Source: Candidatus Endomicrobiellum calonymphae (lineage in GTDB: Bacteria; Elusimicrobiota; Endomicrobiia; Endomicrobiales; Endomicrobiaceae). Taken from it: a DNA stretch of 64,000 nucleotides. The stretch spans positions 1,785 to 65,784 of the forward strand of contig JAISYK010000012.1 of the NCBI GenBank assembly GCA_031269945.1, written 5' to 3'. Both the position numbers and the translations under genes were made by a program. The notes beneath the pieces were generated by a model. The model did no database searches. It saw nothing but the letters and a program-made list of their open reading frames with translations, and was not told the origin of the DNA. Positions 54,400 to 64,000 of the stretch are shown piece by piece. Each line of letters starts with the position of its first letter. The stretch's first letter is position 1.

Positions 54400-55475
54400 A
54401 TTTTATATGATCGGGTGGGGATCCGGTAAAATAAGTTTTCTTTTTCAATGTAAGGGACCCGTGTGATGTACCAAAAATAGTGCAGGGTAGGAATGAAGCA
54501 ATGTGTGTATTAAGTTGTATGCATAAAAATCAAATACTCGATCTCTAAAATGTTTTTAAAATATATTATACGAGGTGTAGATAAGTTTTTCTCATGGATT
54601 GCTTGTGTGATTAAGGAGAGAATTTGAGGTGGTATACACCAGATTTTTAAGAATAGTAGTTTTGATAAATTAAAATTAGTTTCTGTTCTTCAAGATGCGT
54701 AGTAAGAATATAAATATTTTCTGAAAAAAAATTGGAATTTATATCATCTCCGCTAAATATTTCTACGGCAAAAACCTATGGCGTGGCGATATTTTTTTTG
54801 TGTGTTTTACTTTAGAGTTTGAGGATATGTAATAAGAATTTGTGATGTTGGCCAGTTTGTTATGTAAAAAAAACAGTTCTTTTTTTGTAAACGCTGTATG
54901 GAATGAGCTAAATTTATAATAGGATGAGTGTTCCGTGAAGGGATGTGTTTTTTGCCGTTGAAGTGGTTTCGTACTTTAGGCATACGGCGCTAAATAGTTT
55001 TCTAAGGATTTTAAAGAGTTTTATAAGTACTGCGGAAGAATTAGGGATTAATTTATCTGTTGAATTGCAAAAATATTGAAAACTTCACTTGTATTTAAAA
55101 GTAGTTGTTGAAAATTTTGCCAAAAGGCCATCTTTTAAGTATTTTACTTGATAAAATATTGTATACGAAAGTTGAAATTTATGATGTTAAGGGAATCTTG
55201 AAGATAACTATTGCAAATAGTGAGCTTTTAGATGAGTTTTGTTTGTGGTAATAGTAAAATAATGTAAAGGCCAGAATAAGATTTTTTTGTAAGAAGTGCT
55301 GCAAGAGTACTTATTTGGTGATTCTGGGTTGTCGATTTTAAGAATGTCAAGGAGTATGTTTTAGATGGAGAAGAGGATAGGATGTAAAGATGCGGAAAGA
55401 AGGTATTAAATTAATAATTTAAAATGTATAAAATGCGGGATTTGCGTAAGTATATGTAAGTTCAATGCGACGAAA
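54400..55475 (+). pseudogene. NuoF-like NADH-binding [FeFe]-hydrogenase beta subunit (HydB) remnant
   Basis: Fragments CME*AKF (cf. CMV..AKFF), LG/HTALNSFL (cf. LGQTAPNPVL) and terminal INNLKCIKCGICVSICKFNA ferredoxin motif. Confidence 0.65.
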
Positions 55476-55499
55476 TGGAGTAATTTTTGTGATTTTTAT

Positions 55500-56030
55500 A
55501 GTATGACTTCGTAAATCTTAACGATAGTAGAATAAATTTATAACTGTCATGAGATATTTCGGAATATTGTATGGAATGAGTGGGAATATAAAACTTATTA
55601 CGTTATTTGAAGTTTTAGTACGTATGGTTCACGTGTGCTTTTTTGGATTTAAAACTGGAGAGGAGTATTATTTGTCGTGTTAGCGAATCTGTTTTGAAGG
55701 AACATAATAAATAATAATTTGATTTTGTACGAGGGTGTGATGAGCAAATAAGTTAAATAAGTTGGAAATAAATATTGATGATAAAGAGTGTAAAATGGCT
55801 GTTGTTTGTGGATTAAAATGTAAAGAAAGTTTTAAGAGATATATTAAATCTAAGGTATGGCTTCATAGAAATTATGGCATGTCTCCGGCGAATATATATA
55901 GATAAATGGAGCAGGTAATACCGTTTGTCCAGACTTACAAATGACGAAGATAAGAGAGAGTTGATGCTTTATATAAAAATTATAAGACAATGAATGAACT
56001 TCAGTAAGTCACAAGGTAATCATTAGATGA
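55500..56030 (+). pseudogene. [FeFe]-hydrogenase catalytic subunit (HydA) C-terminal remnant
   Basis: FVRGCD, EINIDDKECKMAVVCGL, YGFIEIMAC (H-cluster P3 motif E.MAC..GC..G.G), RVDALY. Confidence 0.75.
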
Positions 56031-56400
56031 AGATAATAAGAGATTTAAAAAAACATTTGAAATCTAGAAGGTTAACACAAAAGGGAATAAATGTTGAAGT
56101 TAATGTATGTTTACGTAATAGGTTGCCTGTGCGTAAAAGTTCAGAAGAAATATTGTTAGCTTTATTAAGAGCAACTATATATAGAGGCCTCTATATGTTT
56201 AGAGAAGCGTGTTGCTAAAGTTGCAGATAAAATATTTGATAATTTATAGATTAACATATTAAAAAGTGTTATTTTTTAAAGAGTTGAATAAAATAGTGTG
56301 AAGAAATTTAAAAGCTTACTTCTTTACGTGTACGTCGATATAAGTGTGGCATATGTATAAATATATAAAAGAAATGTTAAAACAAAAAATTTTCATAAAA
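56030..56400 (+). pseudogene. Possible RecX remnant
   Basis: L.QKGI and KLTSLRVRR fragments; position upstream of ruvX; weak. Confidence 0.25.
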
Positions 56401-56460
56401 CTGCTAAAATAAGCTGTCATGAAAGGGATGTTATAGTGCGATTCATTGAGGAATAATATA

Positions 56461-56901
56461 TTGTCTAAGTTAATGGGTATTGATTATGGTTTTAAAAATA
56501 TAGGTATTGCTATGAGCGATGTAACTCAGACTGTGGCAAGTCCTTTTGGTGTTATTGAAAATTTATCTTTTAAAAAAAATGCATTAGGTGTTTTAAAAAT
56601 TGCAGAAGAAAATGATGTTTTTGTAATTGTTTTAGGATTGCCAATAAGTATGAATGGACATTTTGGAAAAATGACTAAAATTGTTTATAAATTTATTGAG
56701 ATAATTAAGTTTTTTACAGATATTAATGTTGAAACTGTTGATGAGAGGCTTACGACAGTCCAAGCTGAAAGAATGCTTATTGATGAAGCTGATCTATCAA
56801 GAAAGAAGCGTAAATATGTTAAAGATAAAATTGCTGCAGCATTGATTTTACAGATATATTTAGATATGCATATGCATATTCGGAGTGAGAATTTAAAATA
56901 A
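56461..56901 (+). CDS. ruvX: RuvX/YqgF pre-16S rRNA nuclease
   Basis: GIDYG.K.IG.A.SD, GLP..M.G, DERLTT..A, D..AA..ILQ.YLD. Confidence 0.95.
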   Translation: MSKLMGIDYGFKNIGIAMSDVTQTVASPFGVIENLSFKKNALGVLKIAEENDVFVIVLGLPISMNGHFGKMTKIVYKFIEIIKFFTDINVETVDERLTTVQAERMLIDEADLSRKKRKYVKDKIAAALILQIYLDMHMHIRSENLK

Positions 56902-56949
56902 GTAAAAATGAGTTTCAATTTTGTCTAATCGCATGTTATTAAGAGTAGT

Positions 56950-57230
56950 AATACATAAATTGTGTATTATGTGCATATTGAGTAGGTAAGTAGATATAAT
57001 ACAATTAATTTAAGCGGTGTGTTTTCTGTCTGTACCTCTTTTTTAGATAGGACAGGAAAAGTAAGTTGCTTGTCTCTTGCACAGAAGTTTTAGAAATTCT
57101 GTAACTGTTATCTTTGATTATAAATCAAAGAATTTGTGTGAATTTGGCGAAAGTATGATTAACAGATTATATAAATATAGTTGAGAATATTAAAATAGTC
57201 TATGGTAACGGGAACTACATATGCTCTATC
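56950..57230 (+). pseudogene. Possible Rrf2/IscR-type regulator remnant
   Basis: Cys-containing fragment followed by IWRK..ENIKI, upstream of iscS; weak. Confidence 0.25.
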
Positions 57231-57449
57231 GGTGTTATTGTAGTTGTAGCTGTTGTTACAAATGTGGAAAAGCAAAGGTGATAAGGTGTGGGAGTAGCTT
57301 TAAGTGGGGTTAAGAATGAAAAAGTGGAAGGGTGTTTTATAGAGAATGTTGTAAAAACATCAATGTTAGGATTGTGGTACTTAGAGTATTTTAATTTTTT
57401 CTTAAAGTAAAATGTGTGTGTGGATTTAATTAATTGTTGTGGAGGTAAG

Positions 57450-58664
57450 ATGCTAAAACAAAAAAAAGTTTATTTGGATAATAGTGCCACAACGATTGTT
57501 GATGCTGAGGTTGTAAGAGAAATGCAGTCGTATTTTTCTGACATTTATGGGAACGCTTCTAGCTTTCACTACTTCGGAAGACAAGCGAAGATGGCACTTA
57601 ACAGTGCGAGAAAAAAAGTAGCTGATATAGTAAATGCAGAACCTGAAGAGATATTTTTTAGTGGTTGTGGTACTGAGAGTGATAATATTGCGATATTGGG
57701 AGTAATTGCCGCTCATTGTAAAAAGGGTCACATAATAACAACTAAAATAGAGCATCACGCTGTTTTACACACATGCAAGTATCTTGAAAAAAATGGACAT
57801 GAGGTAACTTATTTGGATGTTGATAAGGACGGTGTTATTTCAGTTGAAGATTTTAAAAAAGCTATAAAGGGTGATACTTTGCTTGTGACAATAATGCATG
57901 CAAATAATGAAGTGGGCTCGATTCAGCCTATAGAGAGCGTAGCATCAGAATTGAAAAAAATTAATGAGAAAAGAAAGGATAAAATTTATTTTCATACAGA
58001 TGCTGTGCAGACTACAGGCAAAATTCAGCTAAATGTTAAAAAGCTTGGGATTGATTTACTTACTATGTCGGCTCATAAGTTTAATGGACCTAAGGGCATA
58101 GGTGCCATTTATATTAGGAAAGGAGTTAGCGTGTCTCCTATAACCTTTGGTGGTCATCATGAAGGCGAACTTCGTCCTGGAACTGAAAATATTCCATGTA
58201 TTGTAGGATTTGCAAAGGCTCTTGAGATTTCAAGTAATAGGATTGAAAAGTATAGCAAAAAAGTTTTTACTTTAAGGGAAAAACTTAAAAAAGGAATTTT
58301 AAATGTAATCCCTGATGTGATTATAAATGGAAGTGGTAATAAAGCTGTTTCTAGTATTTTGAATGTAAGTTTTAGCTATATAGAGGGTGAATCTTTGCTT
58401 CTTATGCTTGACATGAAAGGTATAGCTGTTTCTACAGGTTCAGCATGTACTTCTGCTTCTGCTGAGCCTTCACATGTTTTATCTGCAATGCGTGTTAACC
58501 CTATTTCGACTCAAGGAGCGATACGGTTTTCTTTTGATTACAATAATACTGAAGAAGATGTTGATTATGTGCTTGAGGTTTTGCCAAAAGTTGTGAGTAA
58601 TCTGCGTTTAATGTCTCCTGTGTGGAATAATCAAAAGACATTTAAAAATAAAAATGAGAATTAA
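57450..58664 (+). CDS. iscS: Cysteine desulfurase (IscS/NifS type)
   Basis: YLDNSATT, TESDN, EHHAV, NNEVG, HTDAVQ, SAHKF.GPKG, STGSACTS; GGAGGT RBS. Confidence 0.97.
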   Translation: MLKQKKVYLDNSATTIVDAEVVREMQSYFSDIYGNASSFHYFGRQAKMALNSARKKVADIVNAEPEEIFFSGCGTESDNIAILGVIAAHCKKGHIITTKIEHHAVLHTCKYLEKNGHEVTYLDVDKDGVISVEDFKKAIKGDTLLVTIMHANNEVGSIQPIESVASELKKINEKRKDKIYFHTDAVQTTGKIQLNVKKLGIDLLTMSAHKFNGPKGIGAIYIRKGVSVSPITFGGHHEGELRPGTENIPCIVGFAKALEISSNRIEKYSKKVFTLREKLKKGILNVIPDVIINGSGNKAVSSILNVSFSYIEGESLLLMLDMKGIAVSTGSACTSASAEPSHVLSAMRVNPISTQGAIRFSFDYNNTEEDVDYVLEVLPKVVSNLRLMSPVWNNQKTFKNKNEN

Positions 58665-58883
58665 AATATGTGTGTGTTTTTACTGATTAGATTTTGAATT
58701 GATATTGGGAGTAGTAATCTTTCGTATATTGTGTGGATGCTGTTGTTTGCTTGTTGTGTTTTATAAAAGGAAAGGAAATTTAAAAATGGTATTAATTCAT
58801 ATGCATTTTCAATTTAGTTTAAAAACGGAAATTGCATAATATAAACTTTTGTCATGATTTTTATTACAATAAGGAGAAGTTAT

Positions 58884-59381
58884 ATGGGCAATGAGTTTTC
58901 TTTTGATGTTGTCTCAGAGGTAAATATGATGGAGGTGTACAATGCTGTAGACCAAGCACAAAAAGAGATTGCAAACAGATTTGATTTTAAAGGTAGTAAA
59001 TCGTCTATAGAATTAAATAAGAATGATAAGAAAATAATCTTAGTTGCAGATGATGAATATAAATTAAAAGCTTTAAAAGATATATTAGAGGGGAGGTTTG
59101 CAAAAAGAGGAGTTTCAATAAAGTTTTTGAATTATAAAAATCAGGAGAAAGCTTTTGAAGGATGTGTGAGACAAACGGTCGAAATTGTTTCTGGACTTGC
59201 AGCATGTAAAGCAAAAGAGCTTTTGAAGATTATTAAAGATTCAAAAGTAAAGGTTCAAGCTCAAATAGACGGGTCAAAAGTGAGAATTGTTTCTTCAAAA
59301 AAAGATGATTTGCAAAAGGTAATAAATTATTTGAGAAAAATATCTTTTTCTTTGTCTTTACAATTTGTTAATTATAGGTGA
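58884..59381 (+). CDS. yajQ: YajQ-family nucleotide-binding protein
   Basis: SFDVVSEV...EV.NAVDQA..EI..RFDFKG, KVQAQI.G..VR...K.DDLQ, LQF.NYR. Confidence 0.96.
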   Translation: MGNEFSFDVVSEVNMMEVYNAVDQAQKEIANRFDFKGSKSSIELNKNDKKIILVADDEYKLKALKDILEGRFAKRGVSIKFLNYKNQEKAFEGCVRQTVEIVSGLAACKAKELLKIIKDSKVKVQAQIDGSKVRIVSSKKDDLQKVINYLRKISFSLSLQFVNYR

Positions 59382-59449
59382 TTTTAGGTTTTCTATTGCA
59401 ATTTTATTAATAGATTTCAATATTTTGTTTATCAATTGTCGTCATTTTT

Positions 59450-60925
59450 ATGCTTAATAATACTTTTAAAAATAAAGTTATTAATGTGGTAGCTGAAAAA
59501 ATCGTTTTTCCTGGGCGATCACTTTGTAGATGTGCGGATGGTATTGCTTTGTTTACTGATGGACTGCTCCCGAACGAAATTGCTGAGGTATTTGTAACAA
59601 AAGATAAAAAAACATTTAGAGAAGGGGTGGTTAAGAGTATTAATTCAGTATCCGTAGAAAGAATAGATCCTTTATGTGAATCTTTTGGTTTATGTGGAGG
59701 TTGTTCTTTTCAGAACGTTTCTTATGAGGCCCAGGTTAAATATAAGTATGAGTACACATCTGATTTTTTAAGTTTTATCGGAATAGAAATTCCGAAGGTG
59801 TTAGTTAATCTGCAGATTTGGTACTACAGAAATAAAATGGAATTTAGTTTTTTCAATTCTTCTCTTCTTAGTTTAAAATATCAAAATCGATGTAATTTTC
59901 AGATGTCATTGCCTAGTATTCATATTCAGGATGAACCTTATTGTGAAAAAAATCCCGGGAATGATGTTAGCAAAGAAAATTGTGCTGTAGATATAGGACT
60001 TCATTGTAGAGGAAGCTTTAACAGGTATGTTTCTGTACCAAATTGTTTTATATCGGATAAAGATTTCTCCTCTGTTGTAAAAGTAGTAAAAAAGTTTGCA
60101 AATAGAAATGATCTCACAGTTTATAATAATACAACGCATAAAGGTTTTCTTAGACATTTAGTTTTACGCAGAGGATGGAACGATAATCAGCTTCTTGTGA
60201 ATATAATTACGAGTGGTATTGGTTGTGGCTCAATATTTTTAAAACAACTTACAAATGAATTAAGTGATTTTTCAGATAGTATTTATTTGACAATTAATAG
60301 GTCAAAGTCTGATGCAATTTTATTTGATAGACTAACTCTTGTGTATGGAGAAGCGTTTATTACTGAAAGACTTTATGTAGGTAATAGAGAATATTTTTTT
60401 AATATTTCACCATTCTCATTTTTTCAAACAAGTTCAAAAGGTGCTGAGATTTTGTATAACGAAATTTTATGTATGCTAGATCCGTTGAAAACCGATATTA
60501 TGCTTGATTTGTACTGTGGTGTAGGTGTAATTGGTATTTTAGTGTCTGAAAATTTCAGTAGGATTATCGGAGTAGAACAGTCTGAGCAGTCAATTGAAAA
60601 TGCAAAAGAAAATGCATTGATTAATAATATTTATAATATAGAGTTTCAAGCTTTAGCTGTAGAGGAGTGGATCAAAAAAAATGAGACTAATTTTGACGCT
60701 GTAATTGTTGATCCTCCGCGTAATGGTCTCACAAAAAATGTTGTTAATTTTTTAATTAAGTCAAGAGCAAAAAAAATAATTTATATTTCCTGTAATCCTT
60801 CAACACTGGCTAGAGATTTGAAATTGATTATTGAAAACAGTAAATATAAAGTGAGAAAAATCAAGCTTATTGACATGTTTCCACAGACGTATCATATAGA
60901 AGTCGTATCGTTATTAGAATTATAA
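59450..60925 (+). CDS. rlmD: 23S rRNA m5U1939 methyltransferase RlmD, with an internal in-frame insertion
   Basis: TRAM domain, C.....CGGC, YRNKMEF, SFFQ, DLYCG.G, VDPPR.G, Y.SCNP.TL.RD, DMFPQT.H.E. Confidence 0.95.
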   Translation: MLNNTFKNKVINVVAEKIVFPGRSLCRCADGIALFTDGLLPNEIAEVFVTKDKKTFREGVVKSINSVSVERIDPLCESFGLCGGCSFQNVSYEAQVKYKYEYTSDFLSFIGIEIPKVLVNLQIWYYRNKMEFSFFNSSLLSLKYQNRCNFQMSLPSIHIQDEPYCEKNPGNDVSKENCAVDIGLHCRGSFNRYVSVPNCFISDKDFSSVVKVVKKFANRNDLTVYNNTTHKGFLRHLVLRRGWNDNQLLVNIITSGIGCGSIFLKQLTNELSDFSDSIYLTINRSKSDAILFDRLTLVYGEAFITERLYVGNREYFFNISPFSFFQTSSKGAEILYNEILCMLDPLKTDIMLDLYCGVGVIGILVSENFSRIIGVEQSEQSIENAKENALINNIYNIEFQALAVEEWIKKNETNFDAVIVDPPRNGLTKNVVNFLIKSRAKKIIYISCNPSTLARDLKLIIENSKYKVRKIKLIDMFPQTYHIEVVSLLEL

Positions 60926-60929
60926 ATAA

Positions 60930-62391
60930 TTGAAAATGGCCATGGTGTTTAAAGTATTAGAATTATCACTAACAATTAGTATGTTTGTTCTTGCAATAAA
61001 ACTACCCGCTTTCTGTGCAGTGTTAAGCGTAAAAGATTATATGGATATGATTGTTAAAGATAACAGAGAACTTAAATCTGTACATTTGAGAATTGATTCC
61101 GTAAGAAAAAAGCTTTTTCAAGCCGAGAAAAAGCATGCTTATTTTTTAAGAACAGGTATTAGTTACATCGATGCTAGGAATGAAACTGGGTGTAATTTTA
61201 GCAAAATAGCAATTTGTAACACGAATATAGACAAGTTTTTTAGAACTGGTACATGTATTTCTCTGGGGTTTAAATACAATGGGAATAATAAAAAAACTTG
61301 AACTTAAATATTGATAGTACTTCTATTGGAACTAATTGTCATCACTCGACATCAATTTCTTTGAGTCCTTTTTTAAATTTACAACAATCATTGTGGAAAG
61401 ACATAAATGGTGTGCTTATAAGAACTGTTGTAGCTAGGGAACAAGCAGTCGCAAGATCAAGTTTGTATTTGTTGGAATATGAAAGAAAAAATATTTTACT
61501 TAAAGCTAAATTTGCATATTGGGATTTGGCTTATTTGAGAACAGTTGTAGATCTTAAAAAGTTATCGTTAGAAAGATTAAAAAAAATCTAAAGAGTTATA
61601 TGATGAATTTATCTAAAAAATCGGATTTGCTTCAGGTCCTAGCTGCAGTGAAATTGAAGGAATTAGATTTAAATAATGCTTATGAAGCTGAAAATAGAGC
61701 GAGAAGGGAATTAAATCAATTTTTAAATATTGAAGATGGAAGCGTTAAGTATGACCTGGAGAAATTTGAAAATAAATGTGATAGTGATAGACTTAAAGAT
61801 AAGTCAATTCTTAAAAATAAAAAAATAAGAGCAGATGTACTTTCAGTTATTGAGAATGTCAAAGTTGCTTTATATGATCAAATAATTTCTAAAAAAGATC
61901 TGGGTGCGAATTTGATTTTGAAAGGAAGTTTTGATTATAACGTTGCTATTGGCAATGTATGTAAAAAAATGCGAACTAGCGGGCCGCCGAATTATTCAAT
62001 AAATTTAGAATATACGTTACCGCTCAATTTTGATGTTCAAAGAAATATAAATAATGGCTATGAATTGGCAAAATTTTCAGCTCAAAAATTTGCTGAAGAT
62101 GCTGTAATTAAAGAAAATAATGAGTGGCTTAAAATTTTAGATGATTGGAATAATGGAAAAACTAGACTTAAACTTAATGTAGAGATTAAAAAAATGCAGA
62201 TGCAAAAGTATCAGGAAGATCGAAATTTTCTAAGAAAAAAAAAGGGAGGAGTTATATGTTTAGTTTTGCATAGCGTCGGACGTGAGCTAGACGATGCCAC
62301 ATTAAATGTTTTACAAAATATTTTAGATCTTATTAAAACATATGAGAAAGCGAAAATTTTGTACGGCGAAAATTATAAATATGAATTTTAA
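60930..62391 (+). pseudogene. TolC-family outer-membrane protein split by two -1 frameshifts in poly-A runs
   Basis: Three consecutive ORFs (60930-61301, 61298-61591, 61600-62391); signal peptide, L.QSLWK, AYWDL, SDLLQ; adjacent to an RND remnant. Confidence 0.7.
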
Positions 62392-62520
62392 AATGTTAAA
62401 GATAGTTATTATTTTTATAAATTAACGTATTTGCAGTTGGGATTTTAATTTTTAAGAATTTATGTAGCAATAAATTGTATCTCTTAGGTTGTGAGTCTAA
62501 TTCAAACAAATAATTGATAG

Positions 62521-64000
62521 TTGAGGAATAAAAAATATAGTTTGACTAGGTTGGAAATAAAGTGCCCTGTTTTTGTTATGACTCTGTTTTTGTCTACATT
62601 TTTAGGGTTTATGTGTCTAAATGCTAAACGAATTAGATACAAAGATGTTCCTCTGAATGTTGTATTCGGTTGTGTATGTGTTTGCTGTAACCCAGTTATC
62701 CTAGTGTATGTGTATGGTGGTGTGTCGTTTAAAGGCATTGAGAAACTTGTAAGAAACCTGTATATATAAAAGATACTTTAAGCGAAATTTCTGAGTTTAA
62801 GTATTCTGGTTTTCCAGCGAGTAGAGGTATCGTGGTTGTAGTTTGTGATGGATTTTGACTTTCAAAAGATCCTGATATCCTGGAGTTGCAATTCAAGAAA
62901 TAAAGGATAAAGTAGAAAAAAATAGGATCTACTTTGCTTAAAAATATAAAAAAGCCTATCATAAATTAAAACTGATATGTGAATAGAAGTTGAGCTTGAA
63001 GTTTAAAAATATGAAATCTAGAGGGTTGTTCACTTTGCAGACAAAATAGTTTATAAAGATTTGGCTTAAGTTTAATGTGTTTAAGGAGTTTAACCCGTTG
63101 GATGGGATGTATAAAAAAATCTTTACGTTAATTCAGGATAAAAGAAAACTTAAAGAGCATGGACTTACTGTACTTGCCTCGCGGGTTTTGTTCAGTGATT
63201 TTAATATATCAAATGGAAGAGTCGGTTGTTGATAAGGAGATCGGGTAAATATAATGTTTATGACTTATAGGTGAATTCAAATCGGCAGGATAAAATATGT
63301 GTGTGATGTTATTGTAAATTTTTCCGGAAATAAAATGACAAAGCAGTCTCTGTAGAATGTAAAAAAAAACGTTGCAAATATTGAGTATAGTGCAAGGCAA
63401 GAAATTTCAAGATCGAGACTCGACATAAAAAAGGGAGAAAAAAATTATATATGAGACTTCTTTTTTATTAAATATTTATAAGCACATGCCAAGAGAAATG
63501 ATGTTGTGGTGTAAGCACAGATAGAGTAATAAAAAGAAATGTTTATATCAAAACTAAATAAAAAAAACACAGAATGTGTAAAAATAAGCCAAAATTTACA
63601 GTTATATCGAATTTTGCGGTTGGAGTGAGAGGAGGGTCTTGATGACGTAAAATCTACTATGGTTTGAGGTATTTTTGCCGTTATAAGTTGCGTATTTATT
63701 CTCAAGAAATTGGAGTTAGACTTTAATTATGGCTTTGTCTCTTTCGGGTTATTTTATTGATGTTCCCGTTTTATGTATGTTTTGATTTTAGTTTAAATAT
63801 GTTGCTTCGTCAATGGTGCATTTGTCTCTTAAAATGTAATGCGGACAACTTCACAGATGAAGGATTTGTTAATAAAAGTTTTAAATGAGAAATTTGGTGC
63901 TGAATTCGAATTTTCAATTAAGTGAATTATTTATAAATAGATGGTGGAGTGGCAAGCGAATTTATTACGAAACTTACAAGCGAGGATATTAAGATTCTTA
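62521..64000 (+). pseudogene. AcrB/RND efflux transporter remnant (runs off the window end)
   Basis: N-terminal L..L.IK.PVFV.., V.VY.G.S...IE.LV, D.LSEI pattern; many stops afterwards. Confidence 0.65.

Overview
AT-rich bacterial chromosome segment with strong + strand gene bias. Intact housekeeping blocks alternate with 0.5-3.5 kb stretches of heavily decayed pseudogenes, the pattern of a genome-reducing endosymbiont. Gene content and synteny resemble Endomicrobia (Elusimicrobiota); this is inference, not verified. Intact genes: der-plsY-IHF/HU-merR-tRNA-Pro-thrS, groES-groEL, topA-xerC, rsmI-argC-argJ-tsaC-glyA, nth-nadC-birA-ybaB, ogg, HD1-tgt-yajC-HD2-secD-secF, PPi-PFK, HU, rsmD-Cas4/AddB-like nuclease-argB-argD-argG, ribD-ribE-ribBA-ribH, purA-thyX-CPA2 antiporter, ruvX, iscS, yajQ, rlmD and 6 tRNAs. 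Remnants identified by manual translation: type I R-M hsdM/hsdR, dprA, two GT9 heptosyltransferases, [FeFe]-hydrogenase hydB/hydA, a TolC broken only at two poly-A runs, and an AcrB-type RND pump. The most unusual part is the first ~2 kb. It holds an integrated Microviridae-VP4-like HUH rolling-circle Rep (338 codons, one in-frame TGA at a conserved Gly position) and a cryptic 150-aa partner ORF with a single -1 frameshift. Around them are hairpins, a candidate antisense copy-control RNA and a dif-like motif. No capsid gene is visible in the window.
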